Position numbers and translations under genes: made by a program. A stretch of 64,000 bases of DNA, from the NCBI GenBank assembly GCA_002269645.1, contig NIVC01000485.1, positions 1 through 64,000 of the forward strand. The letters are read 5' to 3'. Origin of the DNA: Macrostomum lignano (taxonomy: Eukaryota). Positions 37,814 through 49,492 of the stretch are shown here, in pieces. The first letter of the stretch is position 1; every line of letters begins with the position of its first letter. The notes below the pieces were generated by a model. The model was not told the origin of the DNA. It made no database searches and was given only the letters and a program-made list of their open reading frames with translations.

Positions 37814-40800
37814 TTATTTATAACCATAAGGCCTGCTGCCGGCCCCGTACACACGTTTTGTCAGGACGCGCTGAAACGTCTTGTCCATACTAACAGCGTG
37901 AATGGTACAAGACGCCTTGTCGCGCCTGAACTGAAACTGCGGCAGCTGCAGAGAGCCACCGTGTAGCAGTGTGTTGCGCAGGTCGTCGCTACGCTCCCGT
38001 ATCTCCGGAGTCAGGCGAATGCCCTTGCATTTCAAGACCTGGCTCCGGACACCGGCCGCATCCTCGACAATGTAAGTGTAGAGCTTGGGCCCTCCACTTA
38101 CAAAGTCGGTCATCCGGCTGCCTGTGGGCACTTCGTCGGTCCACATTCCGAGGCTCGTGCCATGGGGCGGCTCCCATTGGCCCTCGGAATGCCGGTAAAC
38201 GACCCTGTGTGGGGGGGAGAGAGAAAAACGAGATAATTGCTAACTATTTACATGTAATCAATTCTAAAAGAGCAATACTTACGAGTCAGTGTCGCAGTAA
38301 ATGGCCCGTTCGCCGAGCCCCTCCAATGCCTCGTACAGGCGCAGCCGGGCCTGCGTGGTTGTAAAAACACCGATTGGCACGTTGGAGTAGCGGAACGGCC
38401 GCTGATTAAAGTAGCGGTGCCGGTACTCCAGCAGCATAAACTCGCTGCCAATCGGTTCGCAGGCCTTGACTTTGAGGTTGGGGTCGGTCAGCCGGGCGAG
38501 CCAGTCCTCGTAGCTGGATACAATTTCTGTCGATGTCAGGTCGTCACGCTGACAAAATTTACCCCAGAGCCTGCGTGTAAAGAAAAGCTACTGTTAGTAG
38601 AAGAAGAAATCGTTTAAAAATCAATTTATGAATACTTGCTAATTCAAAAAGATTTTCACTACAAAGCGAAGTCCTGGGTTGGGCTCGACCTTGTCCAGCG
38701 TGACGCCCTCCTTTGCGTAGAAATCGGCAATATAGGCGGCCTTGTCTTCATCTGACATGCCGGGGGAGCCGCTCGACTCAGCCTTCAATTTGAGGAAGGT
38801 GCTGACATAGTCACATAGTCCAGTAGGCCAGCGCGTGCACCACCTGCAGCCGGTAGCCCAACTGGAAGGCCTTTCGCAGCTCCGGCGTGGCCCAGGTGCC
38901 AGTCAGCGCTCGCTCCTCGTCTGAGTGGTCGCAGCAGCCGCTGCACTGCTGCTCCATACAGGTGCGGCAAAGCCCAAAAAGAGCTTCTTTTGCACCCTGT
39001 AGGGCAGCAGCGGAATATGCAAATCTGACGGCGGCAGCACTGTCACTTTGGCAATGCCAAAGTAGCTGGCCAGCGCGTCAGAATCGAGCACTTGCGGCGT
39101 CGGGTGGTTCACCGGGTGGCCAATCGGGTACGGGTCTTTCGACTGCACCGTCGGGTACAGAGAGACCTGCCAGTTGAAATAAAACATTATTTTTCATAAA
39201 CTGTATTTTTGCAAAATATTCTACTACATTAGTAGTATCACTACTCACCACATCCCGATATTTGAGAGTCTCAGTCTCGCTGGCCACAGCATGCGGGATA
39301 AAACACTCTACGCGGCCGCCGTAGAGCGCATCTTCCATCTTGAGCGGAGCGCGCAGATGTGCAGTTGCGGCAATGAAATCAGCCTGCGATGCCAATACAG
39401 TGTCGTATTCGTGCTCCCAAATGACTCGAACACTGTAATTGTGCCGCTCCAACTCGCGAGTGAACCACTCAGTCTCGTGGCGGATATGGCTCAGAGGCTG
39501 CCGTTTGAGCGGGTGGACAACATCCTGATCGGGCATGCACTGCTCGCAGCCATGGTAGAAACAGCCATGAAACTGCAAGACAGTGTTGGTGGCCTCATCA
39601 AAGCCGTCCACCTTGCGGCCGAGAATGACCGCCTCACCGCCAGTCGAGTCGCAGGTTCGCAGCCGCCCACCAAATTCGGTGGCATTCAAATAGGCCAGCC
39701 ACTTGCGCGCCTTGAATGACTGCTGGTCGGCCTGCCGGGCAATCACGCCGACCGAGTTGGGCTCCATAAATCGGGTGGTGAAAACGGCCATTGCCAAACT
39801 GGCAATCGTGTTGGCCTGTACAAATGGTTCCAGGCCGTCACAAATGTCTCCAATTATTGCCCTGTACTTGATGCAGCCCTCGCGAAGCAGCACCGTGTCG
39901 CTCAAACAATAATCGAGATATTCCCGATTAAAGTTGAACAACTCGCCCTGTCGCGAGGCCAGCCAAGCACAGATGGAGCCGTAATCCTTGTTTGTCTTGC
40001 CGCCATAATAATCAATAGTCGGGTAGGAGCCCACGTAGTTCCAATTAGCCGGCTTGTTGAACTCGTGGGGAAAGGTCCCCTTGGCCAGCTTTGTGTCGGC
40101 GAGCCCCAGAGCTTTGGGGAATTGCGCAAGCGGGATTGGTATAAAATTAAACGAATCTTTAAATACCAATTTATCAACCGTCATGCTCATTAGCCGGCTG
40201 CCCTGGAACAGTACTTGGGGCCGCTTCTTGGCCAGGCCGTTGAGTAGAGCGCCAAGCAGTAAAAACGAATCGTAGCCTGATGCATTATGCGCGACAACAA
40301 TGGCGCCGCCTCGGAATGTGGTGCTTAGCCAGGCGAAAAAAGCATTCAGCGAGGCCGGGCCCACAGCCACAAAATCGGCCATTTGGCAGGCGCAGTCTGA
40401 AGGGCTGACGCAATTGGAGAATTCCTTCCCCAGATCGCGGCCAGTCAGACAATTGGCAGTGCTATGCAGGCCATTGCAGAGGCGGCAAGTCTCGCGCGGA
40501 AATGCCCGGCCGGAACAGGTCTCGCAACACGTGACGGCAGTCACCAGATGCACGTGATGCTGCTTCTCCTCATCCGTGTATGTTTCCGTATCGTAGAACA
40601 CGTACGGCATAGTTGAAGCTTTCACTTTGGAAGCCTTGACGAAGCACAAATGCGAGCCGGCCTCGTCATACTGTTTACACAGTGGGCACTTGATGTGGCC
40701 GCACTTGTGTTCCGGCTCCTTCTGGCCGGGTTTTAGTTCTTCGCAATACCCGCAATTAGCGCAGACTCGGACAGAGTCGCAGCGCGACCGCCCAGCCCGG

Positions 40801-41988
40801 TTTTTCCGGCGGTGGTTGTCAAAACACTGCTGATTGTAACAATTCAATCCGCAGTCTGGGCAGCGCTTGTAGTCGCACCGCAGGCTCTTGCAATTGGCGC
40901 CGGGCGCTTTACACTGAGGGCAGGTGTTGGAGCACTTGTGTTCTCCAGACACGCAGTCGTACGGCTGCTGGCAGCGGTCGCAATAGCGACGGGCACCGAA
41001 AAATGGCGGCACCTTGCACACCGCGTTAGTGCTCGCCAATTAGGTGCAAATTCAGCACTGTGCTGCCTGGTAGGGCGTACACACATGTATTGCCCTCCTC
41101 GGCACTGTACACACGAACGCCGAAATCCCGGCCTGGTGACTGGGCGTTCAGGACAGCCAACAGTTGGGGGAGCATGTCAACCCCGAAAGGCCCGTCCTGT
41201 GCAATGGTTGATAAAGACTAAAACATTTGTATATTAATAAAAATGCAAATTAAAATGTGCAAGATTATTTTTTACTCACCGAATACAATTTAGCAGCAAT
41301 CTGAAGCTCCCCAGTCAGCTTCTTCTGCATTGTGGAGTCGGCCTTGACGGTTTGCCATGTAGTCCTAGTAATGGCCTTGGCCTGCAGATCGGCGAAAGCC
41401 TTGGCCACCACCAGCGCCCTGATGAGGCAACGTTTGTCGCTGTTGGCGATGACGACATAGCTGTTGCCCATAGCATGCCTGGCCTGAATATGCTTTTCCG
41501 CCGCATCTAGGCTGCCGCAGCCGCCCCGCGGAACCCAGGCCTTGAGCAAAAACAATTTAAAGTTGTTACCCAAGACGCTGGAGTCCGACTGCAGAACCTT
41601 GTTGATATGTTTAAATATCAGCTCTGCAGTGAAGCGGCTGCGGCGGACGGGCGGGACATTGATGGCGAGCATCATATTGTCCGCCGTCAGCTTAGATGCG
41701 ACGAAATCATCTGCCCGCAGGTCCTCACAAAGTGTAGAAATTACTTCTGTGAATGTGGCGCGAATATCAGTGGTATCGGTGAATGATACCACATACTCAT
41801 ACCCTGCGGCTCTAAATTTAGGCAGGGCTTTCGCCCCGCCAAGATGCGCAATGAAGCCTGAAAAAATGAAGGGTTTTGAAATTAGAATTGCGAGAGGCGG
41901 CGGGTGTATGACTCATGAAATAAAATCAACTCTTTACCATCGCCTTCGACAGTGTCGGGCTGGGGCGGGGGTTGAAATTGAGCCAAAT
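37814..41988 (-). pseudogene. Spliced protein-primed DNA polymerase B, ~1260 aa; exons 41988-41938, 41857-41280, 41196-39249, 39166-38640, 38570-38283, 38204-37814
   Basis: Exo motifs FYDTET, AHNASGYDS, YCLSDT; Pol motifs YRDV|VSLYP, KIFLN.LWGKF, YCDTDS, KCKG; C-terminus RPYGYK. Lesions: frameshifts ~41028, ~38978, ~38812 and a stop at the 38640 junction. Confidence 0.9.
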
Positions 41989-42000
41989 CTGCAATAAAAT

Positions 42001-44244
42001 GGGTCGTTCTCAAAGCTAGGTCACAACTTTTTGTTATTGCAAAAAAAGTTTATACATCGACCAAAAATCGTACAAAAAAAATTATTTCGACAATTTCTGT
42101 AAGAAGCTGCTACTAAAACCACAAGAAAACTTGAAATTGAGAAGAAATCAAGGCTATTTGTTATTCTTTGTTGCGGAAAATAAACGACAAAAATATTAAA
42201 GAGAAAATAAAATTTTCTTCTATTTTTATTTTAAATATGCAGTTAAATTTCTTTTGCAAAAATAAAAGAACAAGAAATTGACAAAGGAAATGTTTTTGAG
42301 CACAGCATTTTGTTACTCTGCTCTAAATCCCAGACATTTAAAATTATCGTGTGCGAAAAAGTGCGAAATTATTATAGCATGCACTCGAAAGGACTTCGAT
42401 CAGTTTAACTAATCACTGAATTAAGAAGTCTAAATAAGTCTTGAAAGGTTGAATTAAAAATCAAGTTTTCACTATGTATATTTTCAAAGTCAAGATGATT
42501 CGACAAATAAAGAATGTTCATTTTTACGGTGAATAGAATTGTTCATTTTTACATTAAATATAATAAAATCTAACTAATAATAGAAAAAGTCAGGGAACTA
42601 TCCTTGAACACCAAAAAGCACATTGTGGATTTAATATCAACTGCATGTTCCTTAATAAAGGAATTCGGATTCTAGTATATATTTGATTATTTGTAGCATA
42701 ATTTCTGAAAACTATAACTTGCTTGATTTTACTTTAAGTACTTATTACATTAATACTTATACCAAAGCTACATGTACTTAAAATAAAAAATTATAGTTAC
42801 TTATTAGACATTTTACTCCAATTAACTTGAAATAATTCAAATTTATTTTAATTAATTCATTTTTTGAAACTTTTTGGAAAATAGACAAAATTGAATTATT
42901 TAATTACCAAAAACCTACTAGCTTAACTAAAATAGCAATTAGTCTTTAAGAAAAGAATTCACTTGTTAATTGAGAAAAATGAGGATGTGCGAGGTGTAAA
43001 AATGCGAAAGAGCATGCAGGAAACAGAGACAAACAAAAATGTAGGTAAAAGACACTGCACATGCACATAATATGATAACCAGACATAATGTCACGTTATT
43101 GGCGTAGCGGCCAGCTATGCGGTGACCCTTAAAAGGGCCGTTTTAGTCCCAAAATAAGTTGAAGTCAATTCTTGTAAAGCGGATTTTGTAGCGGAGCACT
43201 TGGCGATAAAGGCAGGAACTGCCGTAGTTGTCTTTATTGTTAATATCAGTATTAAGCTTGGTTGTTACTGGCAATAAACAGACTATAGCTTTCTGGGCAC
43301 TGGCGGCTGCAACAATGGGTTGAATATAATTTGGATATGAAGTCAAGTGGCAGGCGAATGACACAATGGCGACGTGACGTGAGCAGTGGCTATGAGCACA
43401 GTGAAGGCAGTGAAACGTAGTGGCGAGTTGGCGTCGGTCGTGGCGTGAAACAGTCAAGTAAGTGTGTGAGCAGGCTGGCCCAGACAGAAGGGCCGTGGTG
43501 AGAAATAAGGAGGCTCGAGGCAGCCAGACAAACAGATAAGACAGCTAAGAGGCCGCAGGGAAGGAAACAAGGAACAAGCGGGGAGTGCCGCCGCCAGGCG
43601 GGGGGGGTTTAATAAAAGAGCGCAGAGGGGGTAGCGCGAGCACGAGTGATTTCATTGGCTGGCGAGAGAACTTAAAATTATCGATCGTGCCAATTTTATA
43701 CGGTTGCGAGAGAGGATAGCAAAATATACAATGAATTATAAATTGCCACAAAATCGTTGGGCACTACTACAAGTAAACGTCGCAATAAACGAATGGAAAA
43801 GTTTAGTTGAAACGGTGAAACTGAAGGGTTGAATGACTATGGAGAACAGCAGTCCAACGGCCCTTTTCGGGACCACCTTAAACTGACAACGTCACAATAA
43901 TGCGCACACTGAAACACCAGTAGCAATGACGCCCAAGCTTTTGATGATCACAAGCGAAAAGGCAAAACCCAGCCATCAATCAAAGAAGTAGACTTTAGCA
44001 CGCATCTTGAGTGCATCACGCATTTTTTGCAGAGAAGCTCGAAAATTAACATTGTATTCTGTGCACAACCACCAACTGCGACAGGGTCTGCCGGGGGATT
44101 TGTGGGCACGCGGTCGCGGATACAAATCGGAGGAGTCGCTGACCATTCTGAAATTACTAGCTAGTACATGTAATTTTGTGTATTAATATATTTAGCCCGC
44201 TTTATTTCTATGCTCTCGTCCGCCTCTCGTTAATGCATCCCCAG
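42001..44244. mobile_element. 2.24-kb interspersed repeat, copy B, inserted 10 bp upstream of a pPolB splice acceptor
   Basis: Near-identical to 10257-12502, including the solo LTR. Confidence 0.85.
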
Positions 44245-47200
44245 GACCCCAGACTCTTGCAATAATCAAACTTATGATCGAACTATGCATGGCTTCCGTC
44301 CCTCGCTTTGAATCTCTCACCTCCCCATAGTTCCATCAACCTTACCTTAGTGGCTTCCTATGCAAAAATCATCCCTCCGCATCTTACACAGGCTACTTCA
44401 GGCTGTAGACTGTACTACACTTTTACTTCAGTAATTAGTTGCGCTATAAGGAATCTACATGCATTTTGCTCGCAGCGCAGCGCGTTGCTCAAAGAAGTTT
44501 AGTTCTATCTAGATATTCTAGTAATTTCATGTTTTTCGATAGACTAGAGCTCATGAGATGAGAATTCCATTAACTAGTACATTTAATATGAATGAACTGC
44601 GTGTGTGTGTGCTGTGCATACATATGTATAATATACGAGTAGTTTATGGGCCAAACTATTGTGTGGCACAATTCTTGGCATCACTCAGCAGGCACAAGAT
44701 GCAGTTAAGCAGCGCACGAAAATTCTACAAAAGAAATTGAGCCTGGTTGAGGTGATGCGAGGAGGCAGATCCACACAATCTCAGTGAATACACCAGACTG
44801 CACCAGATACGAGTCCAGTCGAATGAGTGCACTGGTCTAAGCAGCACACGCATGTCCTTCTGACAATGACGGCACCTAGCTTCGTCCAAGCCTTTGCCAG
44901 CGTCACTGACAGCGTTAATACTACCATGCAGTGCCACCTGCAGCACCGACAACGGCAATTCCTCCAGTTAGCCCACAACAGTGGCTAAACTGAGGGACAG
45001 GGAACCTACCCACAGAAGACACACACATACACACACAGCACCGGCAGCAGCACTCTGACAGCATAACCTAAAGCTCCATGAGCTCAGTTTTCAAGCATTG
45101 AAGAAGCAGAAGCAGTCATCTTGGATCCAGGGATCAGGAAGAGTGTTGCATGTCCGACATGTGCTGTTTCCGTGGCAAAAGGTGATGGAGCAAATTAATC
45201 AACACTTACTATCTAGCTCGTATTAAGACTAAAAAACTGAGGCAAGCAGGGATTAAACCAAAGAAAATTTTTTACTATACTTTTTTACCATACTTTTACT
45301 ATACTTCTATAGTATAGTAGAGAGGTACTCTATTTAAATGCAGTAAGAAGTGAAACAAATTTATATATTTAATTATTAAATTAAATTAATTCAAGGTAAA
45401 TAACTAATTTAACCAATTTATTAGGAGTATTTATTATTATAATAAATTGATTTTTATACCTTACACGAAATAAGCTCTACATTCATTTCTTAGCTTGGGG
45501 CCCATCTGTATAAGGTCAGTTTCTTCAAAATGCTGATTAATTAATTAAGGCCTGTTGTCTTTACTTAAATTTATAAGGGCATCTTAGAAGTTAATATTAC
45601 TATATAATACATGTATAATAGTATTACTATATTATAATAATATAGTTGCAATTTTAATGACTATTAAATAAGTTTAAATGCTTCCCCTATTGACTCTAAA
45701 TATATGGTATCTTTCCCTTCAGAAAAAATTAGCATAGAATGACTTGATGAAAACAAAAAAATCATTTAGAGATACACATTTGCTGATCATTCAGGTCAAA
45801 TTTCAAGGTCCAGTTTTGCACATGTTTCTCTGTAGCTTGGTTACAAGGATTTTAATAAAAATATAATAAATATGTCCAATGAACTAACTGATACATAGCC
45901 AAATTGAAGTATTTTCAAAAACAAAAAAAATCTTTTGCTCAGTTTACTTTACTGGATATCTGTGTAAAATTTCAGCTCAAAAGGTGCTCCATGGAGAATG
46001 CTAGTGTGGTTACAGGATATTTATTTTGTGCTTCAAAGTAGGAGTTTATTGCGATGCATGGTTGCTTTTAATTATTTTTATCAACAATAGTGCTCTATTT
46101 CATAACAATTTTTTACAAAAAGATAATAAGACATGTTTTTCTAATTATCTGCATCAAAATGTATCATTTTAAGCACGCATTCTAGACGTCAGCCGAAAAA
46201 TACATTTTGTGAGACGCAAAGAGGCTATCCCACCGGAAATGCTAGGCGTACAGTTAAGCGTCTATAAAATCATTTGTAGTGCAGTTTATTGAGCTTTAAA
46301 AAATTCTTAAATTAAATTTATATAAGCTTTAATTTTAAATGTAATATAGCAAGGTTTCAACACAACAACAACTTTTTTTAGCTACAGACATCTTGTAGTA
46401 TCAAAAATTAACATCGGTGAAATGATTGAATTTGAATTTTTTCAACGCTAATTATCGCTTAATACCGCCAGATGATTAAAAACACTGTTGTATGATAAAG
46501 TTCAACCCAAAAATTATCTTTATTGACAGATAAAAGTGTCCTATTATTTTCAATATGGCAGTAATAATAGTAAATGTTTGGAAAATTGTTAAAATTTTTG
46601 CTCCTCCTAGAATTTGCGAACGACCCAAATGCGCATGGTGACTAAAATTCTGACCGCTTGGAATTTTACAACTGTCAAAAATTTTTTGATTGATTGCCTG
46701 CAGCAGCAGCAATTTTATCGCCCCACCCCAAGCAACAAAAATCGGCGAGTTGTAAAAACCCCAACTCGGCACGTTCCGACACGTAGCAACAAAAGAAATG
46801 TGGGGTTGATTGAACCCCGCTTCGAATTTTAGGCTGTCAAAAATGTTTGATTGATGACCCTGATAACACTGATCCTGCCGCAGCAGACATTGTAAAATTT
46901 AAGAAAACCCCCTATCAGCACGTGCCTCCATTGTGCCCCCTTGACACCTAGCAACAATACCGCGCGGTCGCTTTTGGATTTTTAAAGCTGTCATAAATGT
47001 CTGATTAATAACCCTCACTGTAGCAGCCAAGTTTTATTGCTTCCAAAACCCCTACAATTACCGGTACAGCGGTGATTACATCATCATGCCCAAAATCGGG
47101 GGTTGATTTTATCACTGCCGCCAGAATACCGGCCTGCCCACCCCGCTGAGTCACGTTCGCGCTGCAGGATTGCTGTTTTTGCTTCTCTCTAGTTCAAGGA

Positions 47201-47602
47201 TTAGTCACATAACCCCTGAAATTTTATGACTATCCTCTACAGGCATTATCCGGCTATACTGCTGCTGCTGCGGATATTCTCTAAAACTCTGTTATTTCAA
47301 CAGGCCTGAATTTGAGAAATCCAGTTCCTCCCTTTACTTCAACATCTATGTCAAGAGGAAATTCAGAAATTTTAAGTCAAAATGAATGTTAAAGATGAAA
47401 AGCAGCTGTGGTTTCAAAGAAAGCCCATATTTCAACTAGCGAAAAAATTTGCAAATCACACAAATGCTAAAGCAATTATACAGCCCTATTTTTCTGAATT
47501 CAGATTTTGCAAATGCTAAAAGCATAGTTTTACACACGCAGAGACTCACCCAGCGGGCGTCCCCTCTTTGCGGCCGGAGGCTGATGCTGTTGTTGCTGTT
47601 GC

Positions 47603-49469
47603 TTCTTCTTCTTCTTCTTCTTCGTCTTCAGCGCTCGCTTTACCGGCGCGGCGGCGCCGAGATTTGCGGGGGCCATCGCCCCATGCTCCGAAGGAGCGAG
47701 AGACATTTTCCCGGGTTCCGGAGGAGCTCCTCGTGATCGTTCCCGACCAGGGCCATCCGTCGAGCGTCTCCCCGGTGGCAGTGAAGTAGCGCATGGGCGC
47801 TGTCGTCGAGTTCTCCGCAGTCCGGGCACTGCGGATTATCGATCATACCGAATCGGTGCTGGGTCTCGGCGCAGAGCATCGTCATGCCTGCGCGAAGCTG
47901 GCACACCGCCGTTTGCTCCCGCCGGTCTCTCGCTTTGAAGTCCGGCCAGGGTTGCGGCAGGGTTTCTTTCTCCAGGGTCCGGCGATCGCGGCGAATGGCT
48001 GCTTTTGCGGCGTTGAAGGAGATGGGCACTTCCTCTTGGGGCAAGCCTCTTGCCATGCCGGCCGCGCGGTCCGCCGCTTCATTAAGGCTGATGCCGCAGT
48101 GGGCTGGCACCCAGATTAGTTCTATGTCGGCCGTTTCGTTGATGTCTAGCATGTGGCGCCAGCAGTCCGTACCGGTCTTAGTCGCCTGGGCTAGTGGTCC
48201 GGCCCCTAGTGCTGTCAGTGACGATAAAGAGTCGCTACATAGGCGAATCTTCTTTTCGCTCGGGCTGCGGTTGTTCTTAATAAAAACCAGTGCTTCGCGG
48301 ATGGCTATCATTTCTGCGTCAAATGAGCTACAGATGATTCCGGCCGGGGCCTTGCGCACATGGCTCGCCAAGTTCGTGCAGGTTATAGCGGCGCTGCCGC
48401 CGGGTCCGGTGCCGTCCGCCACCGATCCGTCTGTCCACACGCTGATGTCAGCCTCAGGCAGTGACTGCAGAAACTCCGTTGCCGCCGCGCTCCGGGACTC
48501 CTGGGGGTCCGTGCGGCGGCATCGGGCCGAGATGTCCAGGCGGATGTTAATGTCCCGTGTGTCGCACTCCCACGGCGGGATGCCGGGGCTTACCGGGTCG
48601 CCTCTTTTGTGGGAATCCAATATGGCAACCGACGGCAGCTCCAGTGCCGCCCTCCTCCAGCAGTTCCGGAAGGGGCGGGTGGCGTCCCGCGGGTCGATGA
48701 GGTTCAGCGAGTTCGGCTGTGCTTCGTCGTCGGCGCCGCCGTCTCCGTGGGTGCGGCCGTGATCGCGTGCCAAAGCTTCGTAGGTACGGTTTTTCAGTCT
48801 AGGCCTGGTGTTCCGCAAGGCTACTTGTCCCGCCGAGACACTCGGGTCGAGTCTGAGGACTCTTTCCCTTAGGCGTGCCGCCCTCTCGGACGCGATGAAT
48901 GAGAGCGGTGTGAGCCCGGCCAGTTGTAGGACTGAGCGGATGTTGGTCGGCATGATACATCCCGTAATCAGTCTCGCGCACGCGTTCTGCTGCTGTTCAA
49001 TAGCTCGTCTGGTGGAGGGGGCGGCGCCGCATAGCCAGGTACCTGCGGCGTACTCGGCCACAGCGCGGACGGTACTGATGTAGGCTGTTCGGATCGTTTG
49101 TAGATCAGCTCCGGTGCTCCTGCCGGCCATCGCTGCGAGCGGTCGGCGTCTGGCGCACATCTTGGCGCGGACTGTCGCGGCGTGCTGCGCGAAATTGAGT
49201 TGACCGTCTAGGCGAACACCGAGGTAGTTCGGGGCTGGGTCAAAGGCTATTGGCTTGTCATCGATGAGCAGGTTGAGTCTCTTTTTGCCGTTTGATTCCT
49301 TTGCGTCCAGCGTGAAAGTGCCGTACACGCTCTTTTCCACGCTGAGCTCCACTTTCCATTCCTTGCACCACTGTGAGACGGCGTTCAGCGCGGGTTGCAG
49401 CTTCTCTTCACATGTGTCCAGAGACCTGTTAGAGGTCAGGAGGGCGCTGTCATCGGCATAAAGACGATA
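47603..49469 (-). mobile_element. 5'-truncated non-LTR retrotransposon A (I/Ingi-like): RT C-terminus, RNase H, CCHC
   Basis: LYADD at ~49451-49465, YLGVRLD, RNase H WTDGS / SDSLS / WVPAHCGI..NE.AD, CPDCGELDDSAHALLHC; (GAA)n 3' tail; ORF 47640-49352 is uninterrupted. Confidence 0.9.
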
Positions 49470-49492
49470 TGCTGTTGCTGCTGCTGCTGCTG

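Noticed and set aside
44245-47500. Integrase, ATPase, protease or capsid genes expected in a Polinton
   Set aside because: No DDE, Walker A/B or protease motifs recognised in the ORF track; only short ORFs such as 44725-44958 of unknown meaning. Small spliced genes cannot be excluded by eye.
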